A stretch of DNA of 64,000 nucleotides from contig CM022672.1 in the NCBI GenBank assembly GCA_012295275.1, forward strand, positions 13,888,001-13,952,000. Reading direction: 5' to 3'. Below the pieces are notes generated by a model that was not told the DNA's origin, ran no database searches, and saw nothing but the letters and a program-made list of their open reading frames with translations. Positions 50,653 to 64,000 of the stretch are shown piece after piece. This DNA comes from Chrysomallon squamiferum. Lineage: Eukaryota; Animalia; Mollusca. How positions within the stretch are numbered: position 1 is the first letter of the stretch; every line of letters begins with the position of its first letter. The translations under genes were made by a program, and so were the position numbers.

Positions 50653-52709
50653 ATGTGTGTGTGTTTCTGTACGTGTTTATGTGTGAATGGGTGGGAGAAG
50701 TGATGTATGTAATTATAATAATTATCCTCTGTGAACATTTAAAACATTTACATACTCACGCACAGCGAGACACTCGATTTGAACAATTATGATTCAAATT
50801 TACGCATTACCACAGTAACATTTAGGAGAGGCATGGAGGTGTATAGTTTGAACAAATATAATAATAATAATAAAAAAAAAGTAATATAATAAAAATAATA
50901 ATAAATATAATAATAAAATAATAATAATAATAATACTAATAATAATGATAATAATAATGATAATGATGATGATGGTAATGACTATGATGATAAAGATGAA
51001 TATGACGATGATATTTATGGTGATTATGATGATAATAACGATAATGATTAAAATAATTTAACGTTTTCAGATTGCTTTGATAATTTACGTCATTAACTAA
51101 CTACAGATTAAATAAAAACTGAGGAAAAAATAACAGTTTTAACACCCATTAAAACCATTTAACTGATACTCTCATATCTTTAATATTAGACAGATATCTT
51201 AACATTTATTTTATCTTTTTCTATTTCATTATTCGAAAATACTTCGAGGTTATCTTCGAAAACTCAGCTACATTTTTATCAGCGCTAGTTAGTAGTCAGT
51301 CAGTTTTCTTTCCTTAACCAGTGCAAAACGAGTGGTTTTTTTCAAAGACCGTTTACGAATTTGTTAAAAGATTCACATAAAATAACTCTTGCTGGTGGTA
51401 ATCAACAGGATAAATCTGCAGACTGTCGACAGGGGACTTCCTCTCTCCTTACTCTCTCGTTACACACGCTCGTAACAGCAGCACCTGATATTATTAATAA
51501 TAAATTACATTTAGGTTTCATATATTTATTCATAGCTTCATAATGTATCCGAAACCCTGCAAAAAATAAATTGAAATACTTTTTAACGGATTCGCTTCTT
51601 TTTTTTTTTTTTTTTTTTTTGTCGGGATAGACCAGCCCGTCAGAGGTTCAGAGCCTTTGTGCTTGGAATATGTAAGTAAAGACGCAATGACAGAAGTATT
51701 TATGTTATGTTGCGCGAACATAAGAAACGGCTAAAATGTAAGGACACCCAACAATTTGACTAAGAGAAGATACTGGCATGCGAAAACTGACAATTCGCCT
51801 CGGGCAGAGATATGTACTGTGATGCAGACCTTGGCAGGGAGGGATTTAAAAATAATAATAATAATAATGGTAACAGTAACGAAATAAAGCTTGAAAAACA
51901 ATAACAAAAATAATACACATTAAAAAAACTTGTGAATATTTTCAGTTTGCACCTGCCCTATTACACGTAGTCCGTTTTCAGATACATAAATTCTTGTTGT
52001 TGTTGTTGTTGTTAGTGGTGGTGGTGGTGGTAATGGTAATGTTATTGTTGCTGACTTTATTGTAGTTTCTTGATTGCTGTTATTATTGTTGTTGTTGTTG
52101 TCATTGTCGTCATCTTCGTTATTGTAATGTTCTTTTACTGAACTTGTTTCTTGAATACTAATTATTGATATTGTTGTTGGTGGTGGTGGTGTTGGTGTTG
52201 TTGGATGTAATAAGGTATATATATCATAACTTGCTGACAAAGAATTTTTAATATTTGCTTGTTTAACCTTTGTGCTAATGTTGTTATTACATAAACATTG
52301 TTTGTTTATTTGTTTATTAATTTATTAATTTATTATTTTAAGACAGACTGAATGTCAAAGAGTACGTATTTATCAAAGACCTGGTTTGGCTTTCAGGGCT
52401 GTAAGAAAGTGTAGGTAAAAGATTCGTTTTCGTTGTTAAAAAAAAAAAAAAAAAAAAAAGAGAAAGAATAACTAGAAAAACACAGCTGCAGACTTCTACT
52501 CTCAAATATTTATTACACCGGAAGCGATTAATATTAAAATATTCTAAGGTGTTGACGCTAAACGTATATTAATTTCATTTTAATTTTAAAATTGTGATTA
52601 GATTTCGAAATATTTCCATTCTTCCTTTATTTCTCATTTCGCTTCTTTTTTTTTTTTTTTTTTTTTTCTTCTTTTACTCTCCTCCTGTCTGTCTGTCTGT
52701 CTGCCTGCC

Positions 52710-52748
<39 letters not shown>

Positions 52749-53306
52749 TTGACTGCCTGCCTGCCCGTCTGTTTGTTTATCTTACCTGTTATTCGTTTTA
52801 AAGCCACATTAATTTACGAAAAAGAAAATATATTATTGTTACAAACATTTGTTATCTCTGTCAGTTTTTAAAACGCGACGGACAGAAATTGCTGTACGAA
52901 GCAAACCGCACACTTCCTTATAAACATTAAAAACGACACATACAAGAAAAAAAATGCCCCTCACCATTTGTTTTATTTACGGTTTATTATGGCGACGTTG
53001 TCTTTCCATCCATCATTCTGTCAGTTAGGTAACTTGCTTGTCCGAAGGACGCCGTGGTTGTCATAGCTAGGGGCAAAACAAAAAAAAAAAAAAAAAAAAA
53101 AAAAAAGGAGGGGGGGGGGCGGAGAAGAAAGAAAGTTAAAACTGTACCAGTATTTATCTTTTAACTGCTAAGAACAAAATAATTTAATTTATCAAAATGT
53201 GAAAAGAATATAACATAATCTTTTTTTTTTCTTCTTTGTTATTGTTGTTTCTCAGAATTTGTTTTTGTTTTACTTTGTTTTCCTTCTTTTTATTAATTAA
53301 TTAATC

Positions 53307-53363
<57 letters not shown>

Positions 53364-53623
53364 TTTGTTGTTGTTATTTTTTTTTTCTTTAATGTTTTGT
53401 TTGCTTGCATTCTGACGAACGAAATAGGCACTTTAGTGTTTCAGTATTTGTTGTAGTGTTGCTAGACGTACAGTTCTTTCAGTTATTACATTTGTTAAAG
53501 TGATGTTGTTCCTGACGTCGAGAGTTTCGGACACCACCCTTCCCCGTTCCTGGTTATGTTGTTTTCCATTTTTGGAAGTACGATTTCCGAGAATTCTCGC
53601 TCATTCAAAAAAAAAAAAAAAAA

Positions 53624-53673
<50 letters not shown>

Positions 53674-54029
53674 ATAAAATAAATAAAAATAAAATGAAAT
53701 AAAAAATAAAAATAAAAATAAATAAATAAATAAATATAAAAAACAAATAAATCCATCAGATATATGCCTATAATATTGATTTATACAAACTGACGGGAGG
53801 AGGAGAAATAATAACTATGAAAATCGTTAATCAACAGACAATTGTGCTGTGTTCATGTTTGCACTATTTTTACCGATTTCAATAAATAAACAAATAAATA
53901 AATAAATATGAGAAATAAATAAAAAGAAATATGAACATAATATAAACGAAAATAGGATTTTAGTGTGGCAGATGAAACTGCATACCAAAATATAACCATT
54001 TACTGAATGAAAACATTTGAAACACAAAC

Positions 54030-54079
<50 letters not shown>

Positions 54080-54722
54080 TAACCCCCCCCCAAAAAAACA
54101 ACCTTGAACTATTTTTATTTAAACGCTAGGGTTAATAATTACAACGCAGTAAACATCATTATTTTATCTTGTTAGATTTTTACATCAGCGCGTTTGACCG
54201 CGTTATGTGTTTCACATTAATCGTTTACACCGTTTCAGTACGACGTGATACATCTGAACTGGTTTTTTAAAAGCTCTACGCGAAGCTATTCTGATTTACA
54301 CATCAGCAAAAACTCGACTCATCTTTACTGTTACCGCCCTCGGCCAGCAAACACTGGGAGCCCTGAATTGAATGACAAATGAACCAAGCCGACTTTCCGT
54401 TATATATATAACGTCCAAAAATAGCACGCTCTATTTCTCTACATCATCGCGGCGCGCATATTTATTTCCCATTGTGATTCGGTTATCGACTGTGTATTTT
54501 TGCGCGTTCAATGAATGGCGGTGTTTGCTGTAGAATACAACTGATGTTTTCACTAGTTCGGTACTAAAAGCTGGATTATGAAAACGTGACAAAGTCAAAG
54601 GGTGTAATTTAATATCCACAGCTGGTTCTGGTCACGTTCTTGCAAATTGCATATTCGTCAATGTGTTGGTTTTCTCATCAAAAAAAAAGTGTTTTGGGTA
54701 GTCAATTTATGTGTGTAATTTG

Positions 54723-54797
<75 letters not shown>

Positions 54798-56611
54798 ATT
54801 ACATTAATATATACATTTTAAACTCACCATTTATAAAGAATAAAATAAAATTATAGAAATATCCATGTAAAAATAATAAAAATTAACATTTACTTAGATA
54901 TTTGAATTTTGATTGATTTATTTATTAATATATTTGGTTTGTTTTTACTTGCATAATTATAATACGTTTTTTCAGAAAGAAAAATTGTATCTGTTTTAAA
55001 TCTGAAATATCATATCAGTCGAAATTTATATTTATTTAAGTGCAAATTCGTTTCTGCCTTTTAGTTTATTTCGGTTACCTTTTTATTTACATTTCTTTTT
55101 CCTTCTAAAATGTTAAGGAAAACGATTACTGACAATTTTATATTTTTCTTTATTAAACTTTACTGGAAAATAAAATAAAAGGACAAAAGACAAGCAATAA
55201 TTATAACTAATTAAACTAAATAAGGTAACAAAATAAATATAACTGTCAGCTGAGAAGGATAGACTAAAAATGTAATTTTTAAGATATTTTGTCGATATTT
55301 ATAAATTATTTTAGATTCTTTGTAATTTGTTATATTTGACAAAGAATACATTTTTTTTGGATGTTTCTAAATACAAATACTTTGAAGTTTCTCTCAATAA
55401 ATAATAAATTATTATTTGTAGTTACGCTGATCTTTGGGGGACATAATTATGTAGTCGATACCAAACGTTTTTCTTGCCATGTAATATACACTTGATAAGA
55501 CAGATCTTGTTGTATCCATAGAAAAACGCAAAAAACGTCTCAAAACCAGACGTGGGATTTTGTTTCTCAGTTTTCAATTTTAATGTTAAAAAAAAGTTTA
55601 AAGAACGGTCAAATGAATCCAGCAGACATATATTATGTCTTCCAGCAAGTAAAGAAGAAGTATAAAATTACGTTTCTGTCCCTTTAATAGAGATTACAAA
55701 AATTGTAATGATATGCATTGTCACAGTGGACTAGTTTATGGGTAAGTTACATAAGACTAAGGTTCAAATTTAGGTTGCACTGCATTTATTGGCCAGTGGA
55801 TGAAATTAGAGGTAACACCCTCTATTCTTAACGTTATTTTCGTGTCATGGTGAGCAAATATACATTATAATTTTTTTGTTAGAAAAATCTTGATGTTGAA
55901 AAACCTGACACACACTTCGGTTACCGGAGATCTGTTTGTTTAATACAAACTTGACACCTGTTTGTTTTTTAACAAATATTTGTAATTTTATAAGCGAGGG
56001 TTTTTTTTTTACGAGCAAATTTGCAATCATTTAATGCATTTTTTTCGATAAGAACACAACAAATAAATTGCGAATTTTGATTTATGTTTGTTATTTTGGA
56101 CAAAGCGACTCCCTCAAAAATATAAATTATTATATATATATATATATATTTTTTTTTTATCAGTTTTAGTTATTACTGGTTTAATTATTTTTACACTAAA
56201 ATTTCAGTCTTTGTTCACTGCCTGATACAAATCTAAAAACTAACTCAGACCACAATAATAATCACAACAAGAATGACAGCAGCGGGAAAGAACAAAAACA
56301 GTAATTTTTAATGGTTCTGTTAGTAACAGCAAAAATAACTGTTTATAATTGTTATTAATTATTTAATTTTACATACTGCAATTTCATTATCTGTATTATA
56401 AATATTTTTATTTTGCTTCTTTTTTTTTTTTTTTTTTTTTTAAACTACTATTACTACTACTATTACTATAACCAACATCACCAAGATCACCAAAACCATA
56501 TGAAGTTATATTAAAACCTTTTTTAAAGACAATTTAGAAGTTTAAATTTGTTTTAAACGATATTTTCGGATTAATATTTATTTATTTATTTATTTGTTGT
56601 TGTTATTGTTG

Positions 56612-56662
<51 letters not shown>

Positions 56663-56852
56663 TAAAATATGGATATCGAAAGGAGCTGAAACATTCCTTT
56701 ACTTAGCCGACTTTCAATTTATTCATTTTTAACCAAATAAAAACATGAAAAAGAATGACAAAAAAAAAAAAAAAAAATAAAAAAAAGGAAAAAAAAAAAA
56801 AACGATAAAAAAGAGAAAGAATTACATAATAAGAAAGAGTGTGACAGAATGG

Positions 56853-56965
<113 letters not shown>

Positions 56966-57873
56966 TCCTGTTAGCAACACCGCCAGAGAAAAAGGCATCT
57001 TGGTGGTATGTTATTTCTTCGACACAAAGTAGTGTTGTATCTTTTGTTATCGGTAGAAAACTACACTATTTCATACCTCAATAACTAGACATAAAATAGG
57101 ACTCAGAAACTGATACACAGACGAGGGCGTTTTCGTAATAATTCACAGCGACACCCCAGTGTAGCGAGTTTCTTTTCAGTTTGTCTAGCTGGGCATACTT
57201 CAGCATTCGTAAATAATTGACTTGCTTGACGCAAGCCTTTAAAGAAAAACGACTTGATTGGTTGCTTTGATTTAATACGTAGCACTAATGGTCTATGTAG
57301 GGTTCAAGAACCTGATTATACGCGCACTGGTACCGCCTTCCAAGCTGCTTAACATGTCCTTTTTGTAATAAATAGCTTGGCTTTTAAGTGAAAGGACTTG
57401 AACCAGAAACCTCCAGTTCAGTCTTGATTTCTCTACAAATTTCAGTCAAATTATTGAAATTACAAGTTTTTTTTTTTTTTTTTTTTTTTTTTGCAGGTAT
57501 TACTGTTGTATTTATTTATTTATTTTTATTGTTGTTTTGTTGTTGGTGTTTGTTTGTTTTTTTAAAGTCTGTTTTTATAACTAAATAATACAACATATGT
57601 CTTATTCAAAATTATATATATATTTATTAAATAGAAATAAACTGTCTGATTGTAATAATTATAAATAATATTTATTAATTCGGAATCGCTGGTGTTGATG
57701 GAATCGTAATTGTTTTAAGTTAGATGAAATATTGAAGATATATGACGTAGTCTTATATTTACCGGGACAAATCGAAATATTGGTAACACGGTCTTTTATA
57801 TATATGTTTGCCAAATTTCTTAAATTATATTAGCTTATGAATTTATTCAATCCGATGTTGACATGTTGATTTC

Positions 57874-57974
<101 letters not shown>

Positions 57975-58323
57975 TTTAAAATGATTAATGGTTTCCGTTT
58001 CTTTCATTTTTTTTTTTTTGTTATTTTATTATTATTATTTTTTGAGGTTTCTCTTACTTTAAAACAATAAGAAGATATCTATCAAATGCGTATAGATCTA
58101 CCATAGTTTTATACTGCAACTTATCGGACAGAATAAAATAACCATTATACATACAAACCATTATTTTAAAACAAAATTAGGTGGTTTTTCTTCTTCTTGT
58201 CCTTTTGAAAAGCTTCGGTAAAATTTAAAAAGAAACAAATTCATTTTTAGGCTGCTGACGAAGTTGGAACTGAAAAATTGTCAAGTATCAATCTTATTAA
58301 TTGTACAAGTTTGGTTTTTTTTT

Positions 58324-58417
<94 letters not shown>

Positions 58418-59298
58418 GCACAAACAAATACCAATTATTTACGTTTAGTCTTTTTTGGGGGGGAACTTGATCCACTTTACAGCACTTACTTTGGGGAGTG
58501 GTTCGTATTAGAGGAATGCCAGAAATAATCCTCGCTGGAAAAGCGCGCCATCAGCTGATCAAAAACAGCGTTGTTATTTTTGAGCGAATTTTGGAACACA
58601 CCTGTACTCTGTTTTAACGATACATCATTCCGGCTTTACGAACTGCCTCCACGCCCGTTAAGACAAGATATCTTTTCCAACAAGAAGCGAAACAGACAAA
58701 TGATGCTTTTTATTATAATTTCGGTGAATGACGTTTTCTTCGAAACAGCAGGAGAGTGTTGAACGAAATGTTAGAACTTACGTTATGGGAACTATTTTGA
58801 CTAGCGTTGGGTCGGTACGGGAGATAATTCTGTAAAGAATCTTACTTTTGCTGTAATATATTACAAACCTCTTATAATTGAAAGTGAAACAATATCAATA
58901 ATAATAATAATAATAATGTATTTTTACAGAAACTGTATAATATCGTTCATACTTTCTGTACTAATAATATTTTACTTTTTTTTTTCCACTTGACATACTG
59001 TACTTGGGATAGATAGGAATATATTTCATATAATTTTATTAAAGGAATATTGTGTTGTTAGTGTTATCTTAGAGATACACTAAAATGATCATCTGATTTA
59101 AATAAATAAATAAATAAATAAACAAACAAACAAAATAAAACCGCAAATAATATATAATGATAAGAACAATAACAACAGCAACAACAACAACAACAACAAT
59201 AATAATGAAAAACTCAGCTGATAAAACCCAACTAAAATGACATCATAATGGGTAAAATATTATCAAAATAATAATTAAGGGAAAATAAATTTACAGAG

Positions 59299-59330
<32 letters not shown>

Positions 59331-60052
59331 CCTCTGTTAACAAACTATAATATGAGCTACATATAAAAATGATTGTAGAAAATAAGTTCAAAAGGCGAAA
59401 AAACGTATTCTGGTTATGACGTTTTCTAACACGTGACTGACTATATGCAGATTAGCCGTTTATTCAAGGTAATAATGGCAGCTTGCATTATTTATAAATA
59501 TCGTCACATTTTGCCGAATTTATTAATTCTAAAATACTTATTCTTATTAAATATCACAGGGCAATTAAAATCACAGAATAAACTGAACAGCTTTAACATT
59601 TAGTCTGCGTAATGCTTTAGATTAAATTATTAAATGCAGTAAAATTGTGACTCATATTCTTGAAACTTTATATGTGAACTGGTTAAATCACCGAGTTGGC
59701 CTTAAAAGACTTTAGAAATTTAAATAACTCAGATTTACTGTTCTATTAGCAAACAGCTAAGTTTTGTTTAATTTGTGTTCTGATCTGTAACTCTAGTAGT
59801 GTAACTCTCAGAAATCCATTTATTCGCATATATAGATAAAATTTTACATTTTCTAGTGAACAAAATGTCATTATATCATCAGGATATTACTCTTTAATAT
59901 TTTAAAATTTCTTTCTTAAATCTTAATATGTATGTATGTTTGCTTAGTCGCACGCACACACACACACACACACACATTCACGCACTACTCGAGCTCATTC
60001 TCCTTTTTCAAATTCCTTCTTTTTTTGTTGTAATTTTGTTATTTGTGTTTCC

Positions 60053-60095
<43 letters not shown>

Positions 60096-61128
60096 CATTT
60101 TGAAAATATTTTTTCTTCTTCTTCTTTTTTTTTTTATGTTTTTGTTATATTTTTTTTCTTCAGAATAATAAGCCTCAGTTTCGTATTAAAGGCCATTTTC
60201 AGGCGTCTGTATCAGCGGATCTATTCACCCGACGAGATCGACAAACTACCCGGGGTGTGGCCCGAATTATATACGTGTATATCAGCAGGGGATCTCTGGC
60301 AAATGCAGCATCAAAGCGATCACACGGGTGAAACGTTATACGTGTGATTGTGATTATTATTACGATAACCTTGTGTCACCCCCTTACAAGTGACAGAGAA
60401 AGATAGAAGTCGATAATCGCTTATAAATTTGAACCGTAATAATTAGCTTGGCAGATTTATAGACACTCTGATTTATTGATATTACGCCAGTTGCACATAA
60501 GTAAATATTATACGGACAACAGCAGCTACACAACGAAAACAGCGCGGACAGTGAGCTAAAAATAATACTGCAGGTTATTTACTGTTATTAAACACATGTG
60601 TGGTAACATTAAACAGCTCTGCACTATACTTCATATATTATTAATATAAAGTGAAATAAAAAAAAATATAAAAAATAAAATATGAAAATGAAAGAAAAGA
60701 AGAAAACAATATATGTAATTTCTCTTTTGCGTTTGTATATCTGTACATTAATGCATTATACTTCATACATGCATACATACATACATATACATATATATAT
60801 GTATATAAATTATATACTGCTTTAAAATACAGTTTTACAAAGAGCAAATAAAATGAGACAAAAAGAAGAAGAAAATGAAAGAAAAATTTTAAATTTAAAA
60901 ACAGCAAATAAAAGGGAAACGGATTATTTCTTCCATTTGTTTAACCTTTCAGCGATTTTAATAAAATATATATTTTTTTCAGTTTATTCCGTTTTTATTT
61001 TGTCTTGCTTTCTATCCTGGACTCGTTTTTATATCTTCTTCCTCTCTTCTTCTACACTTCCCCCCAACTCCCAGAATATGTAAGTATGTAAATAAGTAAA
61101 TAAATATGGCAAGGTTGATTTTTGGGGT

Positions 61129-61160
<32 letters not shown>

Positions 61161-61589
61161 CTTGATGTTGTGTGTTATCAAATTTGTGTATGGTTATTTG
61201 CTTAGTTCGCGATATACACCTAACATTTCATTAACATTACAGAGAAGTGTAACAAACGAGTGACTCCGTGTACCATCTGCCATTCTGCCAAACAAATCTC
61301 TCGCATTTGGACCGGGAAGTAATGTAAATAAATAGTACTGCATCTCTGAACAAATTGAGGTTTCTCCGATAACGCCCAACGATTGTTGATGTTGAGGGGC
61401 GGGCACCCCAGAACTGGAATGTAAGCTCGCCGCCGGACCAGTGGCAAAAATATAGCATTCCACGAATATGACAGCGGATAAGCTATGTGAAACAAAGCAA
61501 TCGACTCATCTCCGTTTCGTTTATTGTGTAGAAATGATGTAGTCCGACTTTGTTAAAAATCAAATATCGCGCTATAGGCGTGAGAGACA

Positions 61590-61629
<40 letters not shown>

Positions 61630-61995
61630 TATTATTATTATTATTATTATTATTTATTTATTTGAAATTATTGTTATTTTTAATAATATATATATAACAC
61701 ATAGGAGCCGATGTTATGCTATTTCAACTAGATCATACTAATATCAAGATTTTTTTAAATATTATTATTATTTAAAAACAAACAAACAAACAACAAAAAC
61801 AACAATATAACATTTTTTTTTTTTAAATTACTTGATTTGTTATTTTTCTGTAATGGGCTTCTTATTGTAGTTTGTATTGCTATTGTTGTTGTTGTCGTTG
61901 TTGTTATTATTATTATTATTGGTAATTTGTTTGTGCGTTGGTATTTTTCCATTAAATATGGTGAACGTTTTATCAGCGCGTTTTATTTCACAGGT

Positions 61996-62071
<76 letters not shown>

Positions 62072-62640
62072 ATATTATTTAAAGTAAATCTAGCCAAATT
62101 TGGTGCTATATTTCTGTATACTTGATGATCAGTAATGTTTGAACCACCGAACGTACGTCCGTTGTGTTTACAAAAAATAAACTGGGAAACCTGAATAATA
62201 TTTCTAAATCATACTTTGATTTGTATTCATTTAAATATATATATATAATCATGTTTCTCTTGTTCATTTTGATCAGAGTCCAGTTTTCCTAGTTTGCCTG
62301 GAAACTCATGCTTTTTATCATATGTGCGCCGCTCGCATCACTACTTTACAGCTACTGTTACAATTATTATTAATATTCATGGTAAAGGGATGAAGTAACT
62401 GTTCTTTCATAAAAATTTAAAAAAATAAATAAAAAAAAAATAAAATAAAAAAATAATAATAATCTTGACGTTATTTACAATAAATGTATAAATTCATATT
62501 TTAAAAGAATCTCGAAAACGGAAATGTGGATACTTTTCAATAATAATAATAAACCTCATCATCATTATCGTCTTATTTACAAATTTCTAGGTCAAGACCG
62601 TCTGCTATTGTACCAAGGCGGAATTTACCAAACTAACAAA

Positions 62641-62673
62641 ATGGGTGACCAAAGTCCTGAGTTGAAATCAAAT
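62641..62673 (+). CDS. PHYHD1: PHYHD1 coding exon 1
   Basis: ATG with A at -3. [11 protein letters not shown]. The phase-0 donor GTTGGT is required to join exon 2. Confidence 0.7.
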
Positions 62674-63886
62674 GTTGGTAAACGTTTGCTTTTTCGAAGA
62701 ACTACAAGTTAATTTATTATTATAACTGATCTAACAAAATCGCATCCTAAAACTATCCAAAAATTTGTAATTATTATCTTAATATGCGCTTCTATTTTAT
62801 TTCTGTGAGATAGTTTCTGTGCAGCTGTTGTTTTAAATCCCTTCTTTCAGACGGGCGCTTCAAGTGACTTTGGTGTACTTTGCTCATTGATGTTTTGAAA
62901 TAATAATAATAATAATAATAATAATGATAATAATAATAATAATAATAATAATATTAATAATAATAATGATAATAAATGTTTATAAAATAAATAAAATAAA
63001 ATCAGAATAAAAAGTAACAAAAGTATAACATATATGAAACATATATACTTAAAACTTTCATTATTTTCAGTTTGAGAAGAATGGATTTGCTATTATTAAA
63101 GGTTTTCTGAGTGAAGAAGAATGTGATGCATTGCATAAAGAATGCTACCACATTGTTGAAGAGATGAACCCTGCTGAACACAACACTGTGTTTACTACAG
63201 AAAGACAGGTTTGTAAATAACATTTAGAATTTTAGTTTTTCAGGTATTTTCAGCCATGTTTTGGAAATATATTTTTGTGCACGTAACTATAATTATGCTC
63301 TATTGATTGTCTCTGAGCACTTTTTACATGTAACTATGTTGTATATTTAGGGGATTTATGTACTGTTTAAATTGTGTTAGTGTAATAAACATTATATTAG
63401 AGTAATTCTTGACATTTTTCTTCTTTTGATTTATGTTGCTCATTTCATTTGCAGACCAACAATGATTATTTTATGAACAGTGCTGATAAAATCAGATTTT
63501 TTTTTGAGAAAGACGCTTTGGATGAAAAAGGTAAAAACGTAAAATACCCAGGTTAAGTTGCTAATTTTTCAAACTTCTCTCGCTCTCTCTCTGTCTTTCA
63601 CCCTGTATCTACATATACACACATCCGTACATACAACCATACCCGTCTCATACAAAACATTAATTATATTAAATTCACTTAATGCATCAAATTATTAAGT
63701 CAGTGCGTATGTGTAGTAAACATTCTAGTACACTGACATAGTAAATTATAATCATGCATTTTCAAACCTATTTGTATGTGTTTTTCATAAAATGAAAAAT
63801 GTACATTTAGTATTTCTTTTTTAACTTGCATTTTTCAGGAAACTTAAAAGTGGAAAAGCAGATGTCCCTCAACAAAATTGGTCATG
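62641..63886 (+). CDS. PHYHD1: Phytanoyl-CoA dioxygenase domain-containing protein 1 (2-OG/Fe(II) dioxygenase), first four coding exons; gene runs off the window
   Basis: Exons 62641-62673, 63071-63208, 63455-63530 and 63839-63886 give [32 protein letters not shown]...[49 protein letters not shown]. This matches the PHYHD1 hallmarks DYF..S.[9 protein letters not shown] and S.NKIGH. Confidence 0.92.
63071..63208 (+). CDS. PHYHD1: PHYHD1 coding exon 2
   Basis: TTTTCAG acceptor. [52 protein letters not shown] donor. Confidence 0.92.
63455..63530 (+). CDS. PHYHD1: PHYHD1 coding exon 3
   Basis: [25 protein letters not shown], canonical splice sites. Confidence 0.94.
63839..63886 (+). CDS. PHYHD1: PHYHD1 coding exon 4
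   Basis: [23 protein letters not shown] acceptor, GTGCAT donor, phase 1-1. Confidence 0.9.
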
Positions 63887-64000
63887 GTGCATATATTTTG
63901 TATTTTATTAACACACACACACACACACATACACACACACACACACACTTTTGAAATTGTTATACCATTCAAATATTACTAAATATTTTTTTGAAAAATC

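Overview
This is AT-rich, microsatellite-dense animal genomic DNA. Degenerate tRNA/Meta-type SINE copies suggest a mollusc, probably a gastropod (inference). The main feature is a complete 18-coding-exon minus-strand gene that I assembled by hand: ATG at 45153, stop at 7911-7913, 3252 nt, 1083 aa, all introns GT-AG with matching phases. It encodes a Mesh/SUSD2/MUC4-family type I membrane protein: signal peptide, NIDO, IPT/TIG, AMOP, VWD (GDPH), Sushi, TM and a motif-rich cytoplasmic tail. Its first intron is 21.8 kb. The first four coding exons of a divergently transcribed PHYHD1 orthologue lie at 62641-63886 (+). A probable terminal exon of an unidentified + strand gene lies at 70-206. Non-coding features include a 239-bp hAT-type MITE with TIRs and an 8-bp TSD, degenerate SINEs, several old and young tandem duplications, and a near-perfect ~35-bp-stem hairpin in intron 1. 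There is also a visible CpG-poor to CpG-rich transition near 22-23 kb. Almost all ORFs in the supplied track that do not overlap the exons above are translations of microsatellites or chance ORFs. I found no prokaryotic-type systems (CRISPR, operons). The best novelty leads are the intronic hairpin, the splice options that would rewrite the Mesh tail, and the tail motifs themselves.
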